Source of the DNA: Myxococcota bacterium
Lineage (GTDB): Bacteria > Myxococcota_A > UBA796 > UBA2385
Length of the DNA: 64,000 nt
Reading direction: 5' to 3'
Assembly (NCBI GenBank): GCA_044344255.1
Contig: JBIJDH010000002.1
Coordinates: forward strand, 64,001 to 128,000
Positions 18,448-26,584 of this stretch are shown here, in pieces. The notes under the pieces are model-generated. The model saw nothing but the letters and a program-made list of their open reading frames with translations, was not told the origin of the DNA and searched no databases. The stretch's first letter is position 1, and every line of letters begins with the position of its first letter. The position numbers and the translations under genes are program-made.

Positions 18448-19638
18448 CTAGTAGAAGGCGATGTCGTAGGGGGCGATGCCGGTGGTGATCCAGTCGGGGC
18501 CCGTGAGCGAGGAGCAGCTCTCCACGTCATAGACCATCACCCCGCCTTGCGAGTCGGGGTCGGCCCAGGAGGTGCGGGCGGAGATCCAGGCCTCTCCGTG
18601 GCTGTTCAAGCTCATCCCGCTGAGGAAGCTCGTGGTGCTCTCGGCCTCGACGAGGGTGTCCTCGGCCATGTCGTAGCACCAGACGGTGTAGACCGAGGCC
18701 GCGTCGCTCGTGAGCAGGAGGGCCTTGTCGCCGATGGCGACGGCGTCACCGATGTTCTCGCCGATGAGCTCCTCCGAGAGGAGGACCTCGGACTGGGTGC
18801 CGGCGTTGATGTCGAGGACGGAGATCCCACCGTCGAGGTCGATGTTGTAGTCGGCGTCGTAATAGACGCCGGTGCGGACGAGCAGCCGGCCCTCGTCGAT
18901 ACGGCTCAGCGAGGGGCTGGGGCCCACCTCCCAGGCATCGGTGACGGTCTGGCTCGTGCAGTCCACTCGGACGACCGTCCCGCCGTCGGCCAGCCAGCCG
19001 CCGTCCTGGGCGAGCTGCTGGAGGGCGACGTAGAGCGCGCCGCCGAGCTCGATCACGCTGCCGGTCTCGACGAAGCCGTCCCCGTCATCATAAGCGGCGA
19101 GATCGACCACCCCGGTGAGGACGCCGGTGCTGGGGTCGTAGACGCCGATGTGGTCGGAATTGTAGAGGCCGACGAAGAGCTTGTCGTCGCAGACCGCGGC
19201 GCCGAGCGGGTTCGAGCCGGAGCCGGTGGAGAACTCGAGCACGGGGGCTGCCCAGTCGCCGATGGTGTAGAGGCGGACGCTGTCGTATCCGTAGCCGTTG
19301 GCCTCGATCAGCCAGGGGCCGTCGATGTTGAGGTGGGGGTCGCTGGTGAGCGTGGCGAGGCCGTCGGTCACGGTCCAGTCGTCCAGGCTCACCGAGGAGA
19401 GGCCGCCCACCGAGTAGTCATCGGCCACGGTGGCGATGAGCGCGGTGCTGATGTCGGCGTCGGCGTCGGCGTCGGTGTCCCCGTCGGCGTCGGCGTCGCT
19501 GTCCCCGTCGGCATCGGCGTCGGTGTCGGTGTCGCTGTCCGCGTCGGTGTCGGCGTCCGTCTCACCGGACTCCTCGTCAGGGTCGACCTTGGGGGCGCAG
19601 GCGAGCAGGAGGAGGGCGAGGAGGGTCTTCGGGTTCAT
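18448..19638 (-). CDS. Lipoprotein with Asp-rich linker and YncE/BtuG-like beta-propeller
   Basis: LLLAC, DADTDADSD linker, GSNPLGAAV, VGPSPS, TGIAPYDIAFY C-terminus; directly follows the TonB receptor. Confidence 0.8.
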   Translation of the reverse strand: MNPKTLLALLLLACAPKVDPDEESGETDADTDADSDTDTDADADGDSDADADGDTDADADADISTALIATVADDYSVGGLSSVSLDDWTVTDGLATLTSDPHLNIDGPWLIEANGYGYDSVRLYTIGDWAAPVLEFSTGSGSNPLGAAVCDDKLFVGLYNSDHIGVYDPSTGVLTGVVDLAAYDDGDGFVETGSVIELGGALYVALQQLAQDGGWLADGGTVVRVDCTSQTVTDAWEVGPSPSLSRIDEGRLLVRTGVYYDADYNIDLDGGISVLDINAGTQSEVLLSEELIGENIGDAVAIGDKALLLTSDAASVYTVWCYDMAEDTLVEAESTTSFLSGMSLNSHGEAWISARTSWADPDSQGGVMVYDVESCSSLTGPDWITTGIAPYDIAFY

Positions 19639-19701
19639 GTCTTCTCCAGGATTGAAGCGGATGACGATGGCGATACACGCAGCATGCGAGCAGGGCGCGC
19701 G

Positions 19702-21750
19702 TCAGGACTGCCAGCGGAGCGTGAAGAGGAGGGTGCGGCCAGGCAGGGGGTAGCCGGCGAAGTCGGTGATAGGCTGGACGGCCCGCGCGCCCGACGGTCG
19801 GAGGGGATCCCGAGGGACAACCTCGACGAATCGATCGAGGAGGTTGAGCCCCGCGAGCTCCATCGAGGGCCAGGCGGCGGAAGGCTGGAGGCGGAGGAAG
19901 GCGCCGTGGATCGAGCGTGGGGCCGAGCGGAACCAGTTGGTGGCGTCCCAGTAGTTCCCGTCGGTGAAGCTCCAGGTGTGGCCGATCCGGGCTCGCTCCT
20001 CCCAGTGCAGGCTGGTGGCCTGTCCGAGCTCCCAGGTGGGGACACGCGGGAGCTGATTGTTGGAGACGGCAGGGATGGGCACCAGGTTTCGGGAGAGGGT
20101 GCGGGTGAGGTTGCTTTGACTGTCCAGGTGACCGCCGAGGTCGAGGCTCACGGCCAGCTCGAGACCCTGCACCCAGGCCTCCCCCACATTGACGGGGATC
20201 AGCACCCGCTGGGCGTTCTGCATCCAGGTGATGAGGTCTTCGGAGGCGCTCCAGTAGTGGGAGAGGTCGAGGCTCCCGCTCAGGTGTCGGCCCGAGTGGA
20301 CGAGGCGCCCGCCCACGTCCCACTGCCAACCGCGCTCGGGCTTCAGCGTCGTGTTCCCGGCCATGGCGCCGCGGTCGCCAAAGAGCTCGGTGAGATCGGG
20401 CGGACGGATGGTGTGGCCGCCGTTGGCCTTGAGCGCGAGGGCCGGCGTCGGGCGGTAGAGGACGCCCAGGCGGGGGTTGAGGGCGAGGAGGTCGGTGGTG
20501 GGCTCGGTCTGGGCGGCGTCGTACTCAAAGACGGGCTCGTCGAGGCGGAGCGCGTGCCAGGCCTGGGCCTGGACCACCGGGGAGAGGGTCCAGCGGTCGC
20601 GGTTGAAGCGGAAGGTGCTGGCCAGCGAGGCGCTCCCGCCGAGGCGGCTGCGCGGCAGGGCCTCCTCTTCCTGCACGAGGTCGGTGGCGATATACCGCTC
20701 CTGATGAACAGAGAGCGTGAGGGAGGGCGACACCCAGGAGGCTGGTGTCCAGAGGGCGTGCGCGAGGCCGCCGCGGTCGCGCGTGTCGCCGCGGATCTGC
20801 TGGCCGCCCGAGCCGAGCTCGCCGGAGAGATCGTCGAAGAGCTCGCGGCGATCGAGCTGCCAGAGGCGGAGGGTCAGCGCGCTCGCCTCGCCGCAGCGCT
20901 CCAGGCTGAAGACCCCGAGGTTGCGCCGCGTGTCGAGGCTGGCCTCGAGGGCGGGCAGGTGAACCGGTCCCGGCAGGCCTTCGTCGCGAGAGAGCCAGGC
21001 GTCGAGGAGGGTGAGGCGGAGCGCGCCGTAGCGGGCGCGGAGGCGGGCCGTCGCGGCGAGCTGGTCCTTCTCGTTGTTCAAGCGAGGAGCGACGGCGTCA
21101 TCGGCGAGGTTGTAGAGGGTGCCGTTGTCGTCAAAGGCCTCATAGTCCGCGGCGGTCGTGAAGAGCTCGGCGGTGAGGAGACCGTCGAGCTCCCAAGGGC
21201 CAAGCTCGCCCGTCGGCGTCGTGAAGGCGTTGAATCGGCCAGTGTGGTAGCTGCCGCCGCTCACCGCGACGGTGGACGGCCCGGGCACCTCTGCGCTCAC
21301 GAGGTTGACCACGCCCCCCATCGGCGCCGCCGAGAATTCCGGCGGGGCGTTCCCTCGATAGAGCTCGACCCGGGAGAAGGCCTGAAGCGGCAATTCGGAG
21401 AGGTTGACCGTGTCGCTCCCGTCGGGGTTGAGCGGCACGCCGTCGAGGAAGACCGCCACTTGGCGCAACGTCGAGCCGCGGATGCTCACCGCCGAGAAGG
21501 AGCCGAGGCCGCCGAGCTCCACCACGGTGGTGCCCGAGGCGGAGTCGACCACGGAGGCGACGTCCGCCCCGCTGGAGAGGCGCGTGTCTATCGGGATGAC
21601 CGTCACGCTCGCGGGCGTGAGGCTCGGGTCAGGCCCGCGGAGGCCGACGACGACGATGTCACCCACGCCCTCGACAAGCGAGGGATCGGCGGGTGGAGGG
21701 TCTGCGGCGGCGGCAAAGGTGAGGGACAAGGGCAGGAGCAGCGGCGTCAA
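19702..21750 (-). CDS. btuB: TonB-dependent receptor, BtuB-like
   Basis: DIVVVG TonB-box-like, plug motifs SIRGS/VFLDGVPLN/RVELYRG/GGVVNL, LKPERG, NLLD...YPLPGRT; cobalamin riboswitch upstream. TTG start with GGAGG preferred to 21810. Confidence 0.85.
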   Translation of the reverse strand: MTPLLLPLSLTFAAAADPPPADPSLVEGVGDIVVVGLRGPDPSLTPASVTVIPIDTRLSSGADVASVVDSASGTTVVELGGLGSFSAVSIRGSTLRQVAVFLDGVPLNPDGSDTVNLSELPLQAFSRVELYRGNAPPEFSAAPMGGVVNLVSAEVPGPSTVAVSGGSYHTGRFNAFTTPTGELGPWELDGLLTAELFTTAADYEAFDDNGTLYNLADDAVAPRLNNEKDQLAATARLRARYGALRLTLLDAWLSRDEGLPGPVHLPALEASLDTRRNLGVFSLERCGEASALTLRLWQLDRRELFDDLSGELGSGGQQIRGDTRDRGGLAHALWTPASWVSPSLTLSVHQERYIATDLVQEEEALPRSRLGGSASLASTFRFNRDRWTLSPVVQAQAWHALRLDEPVFEYDAAQTEPTTDLLALNPRLGVLYRPTPALALKANGGHTIRPPDLTELFGDRGAMAGNTTLKPERGWQWDVGGRLVHSGRHLSGSLDLSHYWSASEDLITWMQNAQRVLIPVNVGEAWVQGLELAVSLDLGGHLDSQSNLTRTLSRNLVPIPAVSNNQLPRVPTWELGQATSLHWEERARIGHTWSFTDGNYWDATNWFRSAPRSIHGAFLRLQPSAAWPSMELAGLNLLDRFVEVVPRDPLRPSGARAVQPITDFAGYPLPGRTLLFTLRWQS

Positions 21751-21835
21751 TGCCAGCCTCCGCCGGGGCTCAAATCGTGGCCCGGCAGGGCGACACGACC
21801 TGTTCTTCAACCCCGAAGAACGATGCGTTGCTGCT

Positions 21836-22040
21836 CGAAGGCCGGTCTCCTGGCTCCTGGATCATCCGCTTCACCACGCCTTCCCGGTGTGACCCAGTGG
21901 CAATTGTGGTGAGCGTCCCCAGTTACAGTGGCGGGGGCCGCGCCGGACTCGGAGAGCGAATGACCCTTTCGGACCATCCCACCACCCCACCGGCTTCCCG
22001 TTTCACCTCCGCCGCCGAGAGGACGGCGCAGGCACCTTCG
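21836..22040 (-). promoter_or_regulatory. Cobalamin (AdoCbl class) riboswitch
   Basis: Minus strand AAGGTGC...AAACGGGAAGCCGGTG...TCCGGCGCGGCCCCCGCCACTGTAA...GCCACTGG...GGGAAGGC...GAGCCAGGAGACCGGCC; P1 CGAAGG/CCTTCG. Confidence 0.97.
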
Positions 22041-22069
22041 AGGATCTTCTATGAAAAGAACGAGCCGAG

Positions 22070-22098
22070 TGACTAATTCAGATCGCGGCGCCTGTCAA
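22070..22098 (-). promoter_or_regulatory. Putative sigma70 promoter for the riboswitch operon
   Basis: TTGACA-17-TAGTCA, about 30 nt upstream of the riboswitch. Confidence 0.5.
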
Positions 22099-22120
22099 GC
22101 GAGGCCGTGGGCAGCCCCCC

Positions 22121-23287
22121 TCACCGGTCGGTGGGGGGGGAGCCGTCGGCGGGCAGGGCGGGGAGCGTGGGGTGGCTCCAGGTCGCCGCGGCGGCGGGCC
22201 GGCCAAAGTAGTAGCCCTGTGCGCAGGCGAAGCCGAGCTGTCGACAGATCTCGGCCTCCTCCGGGCGCTCGACGCCCTCGGCCAACGGTACGATCCCAAA
22301 GTCGAGCACCATCTTGACCAGGGTGCTGACCATCTGGTGCTTCTGCGCGCTCGCGAGGTGGATGTTCCGGATGAGGCTGATGTCGAATTTGAGGAACTGC
22401 GGCGGCGCTTCGACCAGCTCGATGAGCCGGGCCTGCCCGGCGCCGAAGTCATCGTAGGCAAGAGATACGTCGATGTCGCTCAGACGCTCGGCCAGGGCGC
22501 GCATCTGGGGAGGATCGGTGACCGCGGCCTCGTGGATCTCGAGCACCAGCTGCAGCTTCGAGTTCATGGAGCGGAGCTCTGCGAGCTCAACGAGGAGGTC
22601 CGGGTTGTGGGTCTCGATGGGGCGCGAGTTGAGGAAGAGGAGGAGCGGGCGCTCCGGGAGCGTCGCGGCCTCCTCCACCGCTCGGCGGCGAAGCAGCCGG
22701 CTCAGCTCCTCCTCGGCCTCGAAGCCCGCGGCGATGGAGAAGAGGCGGATCGGGCTGGCGGGCATCCCCGGGGCATCGCTGCGGCCCAGGGCCTCGTAGC
22801 CCATGCGGGTGACCGCAGCGTCAAGGCGCACGATCGGCTGGAAGACCACGCGGACCGCGCTCGTGCTGAGCATGTCGCGGAAGGCGCGCGGGTTGTTGAA
22901 GAAGTGATTCGAGAGGCCCGAGGAGTGGATCGAGGTGTTGAGCGTCGGGTGCCGCAGCTCGCCGAAAGACTCGTGGCCGAGGCGGAATTCGGCGGAGGCG
23001 AAGTGGATCACGTCGCCTTCGCTGAGGGGCGCCAAGCTCGAGATTCGGACCGAATTGACGAACGTGCCGTTGGTCGAGCCGAGATCCCGCAGGTGCAAGC
23101 AGCCGCGCTCGTGGACCAGCTCGGCGTGGGTCCATGACACGCCGGTCGAGCGGATCGTGAGCATGAGATCGGGGGAGCGGCCGACGCGGAACGGAAAGTT
23201 GAGGATCGGCACGCGCATGAGCTGCTTGTTCCCTGGGAAGAATCCCTCCAGGAACCAGCCTACGATCGGGGTTTGTAGAGTTGACAT
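22121..23287 (-). CDS. FHA + EAL domain protein (c-di-GMP phosphodiesterase-like)
   Basis: FHA: VGRS, VSWTHA, DLGSTNGTFVN. EAL: FQPIV, YEALGR, LFLN, YDDFGAG, LKFD, AEGVE, QGYYFGRP. Confidence 0.92.
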   Translation of the reverse strand: MSTLQTPIVGWFLEGFFPGNKQLMRVPILNFPFRVGRSPDLMLTIRSTGVSWTHAELVHERGCLHLRDLGSTNGTFVNSVRISSLAPLSEGDVIHFASAEFRLGHESFGELRHPTLNTSIHSSGLSNHFFNNPRAFRDMLSTSAVRVVFQPIVRLDAAVTRMGYEALGRSDAPGMPASPIRLFSIAAGFEAEEELSRLLRRRAVEEAATLPERPLLLFLNSRPIETHNPDLLVELAELRSMNSKLQLVLEIHEAAVTDPPQMRALAERLSDIDVSLAYDDFGAGQARLIELVEAPPQFLKFDISLIRNIHLASAQKHQMVSTLVKMVLDFGIVPLAEGVERPEEAEICRQLGFACAQGYYFGRPAAAATWSHPTLPALPADGSPPTDR

Positions 23288-23350
23288 GGTAGTCCGTCAG
23301 GCGCCCCTCGGGGACCCGCTGCAGGGAGGGCGCGGGGCGATGGGAGCAGG

Positions 23351-25477
23351 ATGTCCCGAAACCGGCTACAATTCAAGCCGATGAAGTCGACCGGCCCGAC
23401 GGATGCGCTCGCCGCAGCCCCCGCCTCCGCGGCTCCGGCCGCCTTGGAGCCTGTTGTCGCCACCGGCGTGCACCCCGCGGCACCTCCCATGGAGGGCGCT
23501 GAGGAGACCGATCAGACCATCATGAAGGAGGACCTCGGCGCCTCCTTGGAGGACGCCCCGGCGGACGGGAGCCTCGGCCCCGTGGAGCTCCCCGGAGACG
23601 CCCTGCTCGGCACGGTGCTCGACGGCAAATTCCGGCTTGAGAAGCCGCTCGGTCGGGGTGGAGCGGGTCGGGTCTACCTCGGCCGGCAGCTCTCGCTCGG
23701 CCGTGTGGTCGCGGTCAAGGTCATGCGCCCGGAGCTCGATCCGGAGGGTGAGCAGCGCTTCGGCGAGCGCTTCTTCCGGGAGGCCTCGCTCGCGGGCGCC
23801 CTGAACCACCCCAACGTGGTCACGGTGCACGACTTCGGGCGGACGAAGGAGGGGCTCTGCTACATCGTGATGGAGCTCCTGGGTGGGGTGTCCCTCAAAG
23901 ACCTGCTGCGCCTCGGGCCCATCCCGGCTGAGCGGGCCGTCGTCATCTTCGAGCAGATCGTGAGGGGCCTCCGACACGCCCACAAGGCCGGCCTCGTGCA
24001 TCGAGACGTCAAGCCGGGCAACGTCCAGGTGCTCCCCGGTGATGACGGGCGCGACTTCGTGAAGCTGCTCGACTTTGGGCTGGTGAAAGGAGACGACGAG
24101 GAGTCTGGGATCACCCAGCACGGCTCCTTCATCGGCACGCCGCAGTACGCCGCCCCCGAGCAGGTCAAGGGGGAGGCCGCGTCCGCGCGCTCCGACCTCT
24201 ACTCGACGGGCGTGATGTTCTACCGGGCCGTCACCGGGAAGCTGCCCTTCGCCTTCGACAACCCGATGGCGATCGCGCTCGCTCACGTCAAGGAGCCCTA
24301 CCCGCCGATGGCGGAGCGCGCCCCGGATGTGCCTGTCCCGCACGACATCGAGCTCATCGTACGGCGCTGCATGGAGAAGGAGCCGGTTCAGCGCTATCTC
24401 GACGCCGACGCCCTCCTCAACGACATCATCGCCGCCCGACGGAACCTCTTCCCCGAGATGCCGAGCGTGGTGGGCACCGCGGCGATGGTGGCGGCCTGGA
24501 CCGGCGCGGCCGGCGCGGGGAACGGGGACGCGGGCGCGGCGAGCGGCGCGGCCCCGAGGTCACTCGGCCCTTCCTCGGGGGAGCCCCGGACGCTGCCGAT
24601 CCCGATGCCGATCCCGATGCCGGCGAACGGCGCCGCACCGGCGGTTCGGACGGGCCGGCGGCTCGGCGGACTCGTCGCTGTGGTGCTCGGGGTGGGCCTC
24701 CTCTTCGGGGTCGGCTGCCTCGGAGGCGGCCTGTGGCTGGGGCCCTGGAGCGTTGACTTCCTGGACCGCGGCGCGGCTGGGCCCGAGGCGGCGGACGGGG
24801 CGCCCCGACCGGCCGACGCTGCGGACGCCGATCTGATCAACGCCCCCCCGAACAACGCCCCCGCCGAGCCGGAGGCCCCCGCCATGCGGACGGTCTCGCT
24901 GACGGTGCAGAGCGCGCCCGCGGGAGCCGAGGTCCGGCTGAGCGGGGCGCTCCTGGGCACCACGCCGCTCGTCACGGATCTGCCGATCCCCGCCCAGGAG
25001 CAGGGCGCCCACCGGCCGATTGAGCTCCGCCTCTCCGGCTACGAGGCCCGGGTGGTGCTGGTAGACGTCTCGGGGTCGGAGGCGCTGCTGGACACGCGTC
25101 TATCCGCGATCGCCCGCGCCGCCGAGCCCGCTGTGGCGAGCGGCGGTGCCCGCGCCGCGGCGAACGAACCCGAGGTCGCTCCCGAGGAACAGGGGTCGAA
25201 GGCCAGCGTCGGCGCGACCCCGGCGCCAGCACCTGCCTCGCCGGGCGGGGCGGTGATCGCCGACGGTGTTCGTTTCACGAGCGCGGAGGCCGCGGAGGCC
25301 GTCGCCTTCGCCAATGGCGCCAGCAAGGAGGCCCTCCTCGGGGCCGGTATCGCCCCCGCGCAGGCCAACGTCGTGCTGCGGTCGCGTCCCTTCGCGGACG
25401 TGTCGGCCTTCGCCGCGACGCCGCAGATCGGCGAGAAGACGGTCGCCGCCGTGCTGCGAGCGGTGAAGTCTCCGTAG
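23351..25477 (+). CDS. Membrane Ser/Thr protein kinase with extracytoplasmic PEGA domain and C-terminal HhH-like motif
   Basis: LGRGGAGRV, VAVK, HRDVKPGN, DFG, GTPQYAAPE; TM; SAPAGAEV...LGTTP; RPFADV...QIGEKT. Start uncertain. Confidence 0.93.
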   Translation: MSRNRLQFKPMKSTGPTDALAAAPASAAPAALEPVVATGVHPAAPPMEGAEETDQTIMKEDLGASLEDAPADGSLGPVELPGDALLGTVLDGKFRLEKPLGRGGAGRVYLGRQLSLGRVVAVKVMRPELDPEGEQRFGERFFREASLAGALNHPNVVTVHDFGRTKEGLCYIVMELLGGVSLKDLLRLGPIPAERAVVIFEQIVRGLRHAHKAGLVHRDVKPGNVQVLPGDDGRDFVKLLDFGLVKGDDEESGITQHGSFIGTPQYAAPEQVKGEAASARSDLYSTGVMFYRAVTGKLPFAFDNPMAIALAHVKEPYPPMAERAPDVPVPHDIELIVRRCMEKEPVQRYLDADALLNDIIAARRNLFPEMPSVVGTAAMVAAWTGAAGAGNGDAGAASGAAPRSLGPSSGEPRTLPIPMPIPMPANGAAPAVRTGRRLGGLVAVVLGVGLLFGVGCLGGGLWLGPWSVDFLDRGAAGPEAADGAPRPADAADADLINAPPNNAPAEPEAPAMRTVSLTVQSAPAGAEVRLSGALLGTTPLVTDLPIPAQEQGAHRPIELRLSGYEARVVLVDVSGSEALLDTRLSAIARAAEPAVASGGARAAANEPEVAPEEQGSKASVGATPAPAPASPGGAVIADGVRFTSAEAAEAVAFANGASKEALLGAGIAPAQANVVLRSRPFADVSAFAATPQIGEKTVAAVLRAVKSP

Positions 25478-25541
25478 GAGAGCGAAGGGTGCGGCGGCGG
25501 CGATCGGCGCGGAGGGGTAGATCGGCGTCGTGGAGGTCTGC

Positions 25542-26552
25542 ATGGTTTCGCGCGTTCTCATCACCGGGGTCGGCGGGCAGGTGGGCAGCGATCTGCTGCC
25601 TGCGATTCACCAGTCGGGCGCCGACTACCGGATCGTGGACATTCAATCGGCGGAGAAGAGCGCCGCCTGGCCTTCCCTCTGCGCCTCGCTCGGCGAGACC
25701 GGCGCCTGGCGGGGGCGGTGGATCCAGGCTGACGCCACCGATGCCACCGAGATGCGGAGCCTCGTCCGCGACTTCAAGCCGGACGTCACCTTCCACCTCG
25801 TCGCCATCTTGAGCGCCCGTGGCGAGAAGAACCCCGACCTCTGCTGGCAGGTCAACGTCGAGAGCCTGCGGGTGTTGATGGACGAGCTCGCCCTCCAGTC
25901 GAGCCCCGACCGCCGCCCTCGCCTGCTCTGCCCCTCCTCCATCGCCGCCTTCGGGCCGGTGCCGGGATTTGAGCGGGGATATCCGCCCTCGGCCACTCCG
26001 AATGAGTTCCCCCTCCTCCCCCGCACGATGTATGGCGTGACCAAGGTCGTGACCGAGCTGATGGGGGACTACTACGCACGCGCACGGGGTGTGGACTTCC
26101 GCTCGGTGCGGTACCCCGGCTTGCTCAACGCCTCGCCGCCGGGCGGCGGATCGTCGGACTACGCCAACATGATGTACATGGCCGCCGCCCGCGGTGAGCC
26201 CTCGGTGGAGGTCTTTGTCCGTCCGGACGCCACGATCCCCTTCATGTACATGCCCGACGCCATCCGGGCGCTCCTCGAGCTCGCTGACGCGCCGGAGGCA
26301 GCCCTGACCCGACGGACCTACAACATCGCGGCGATGTCACCTTCCGCCCGCGACATCGCGGACAGCATCCGCCGCACGGTGCCGGGCTTCGAGGTCACCT
26401 ACCGCCCGGACACGCTCCGGCAGCCCATCGTGGACTCCTGGCCGGACGCGCTCGACGACCTGCCTGCGCGTCGAGACTGGGGCTGGCGACCGCGTTTCGA
26501 TCTCGACGCCATGACCACAGACCTCATGCGGGCGTTCCGCGCGCTCGGCTGA
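25542..26552 (+). CDS. Extended SDR, L-threonine 3-dehydrogenase-like
   Basis: ITGVGGQVG, FHLVAILSARGE, PSSIAAFG, PRTMYGVTK, PGGGSSDYA, IVDSWP. Confidence 0.88.
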   Translation: MVSRVLITGVGGQVGSDLLPAIHQSGADYRIVDIQSAEKSAAWPSLCASLGETGAWRGRWIQADATDATEMRSLVRDFKPDVTFHLVAILSARGEKNPDLCWQVNVESLRVLMDELALQSSPDRRPRLLCPSSIAAFGPVPGFERGYPPSATPNEFPLLPRTMYGVTKVVTELMGDYYARARGVDFRSVRYPGLLNASPPGGGSSDYANMMYMAAARGEPSVEVFVRPDATIPFMYMPDAIRALLELADAPEAALTRRTYNIAAMSPSARDIADSIRRTVPGFEVTYRPDTLRQPIVDSWPDALDDLPARRDWGWRPRFDLDAMTTDLMRAFRALG

Positions 26553-26584
26553 CGTCACCCCGCCGACGCCCGCCCGCTGAAGCC

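Noticed and set aside
19440..19565. Short repeats (DADAD, GGDG at about 41270-41375, 12-mer, 15-mer) as CRISPR or regulatory arrays
   Set aside because: No repeat-spacer structure or cas genes; all are in-frame low-complexity protein linkers
18304..21912. 1202-aa plus-strand ORF
   Set aside because: Antisense shadow of the TonB receptor and lipoprotein genes; expected at high GC and has no motifs
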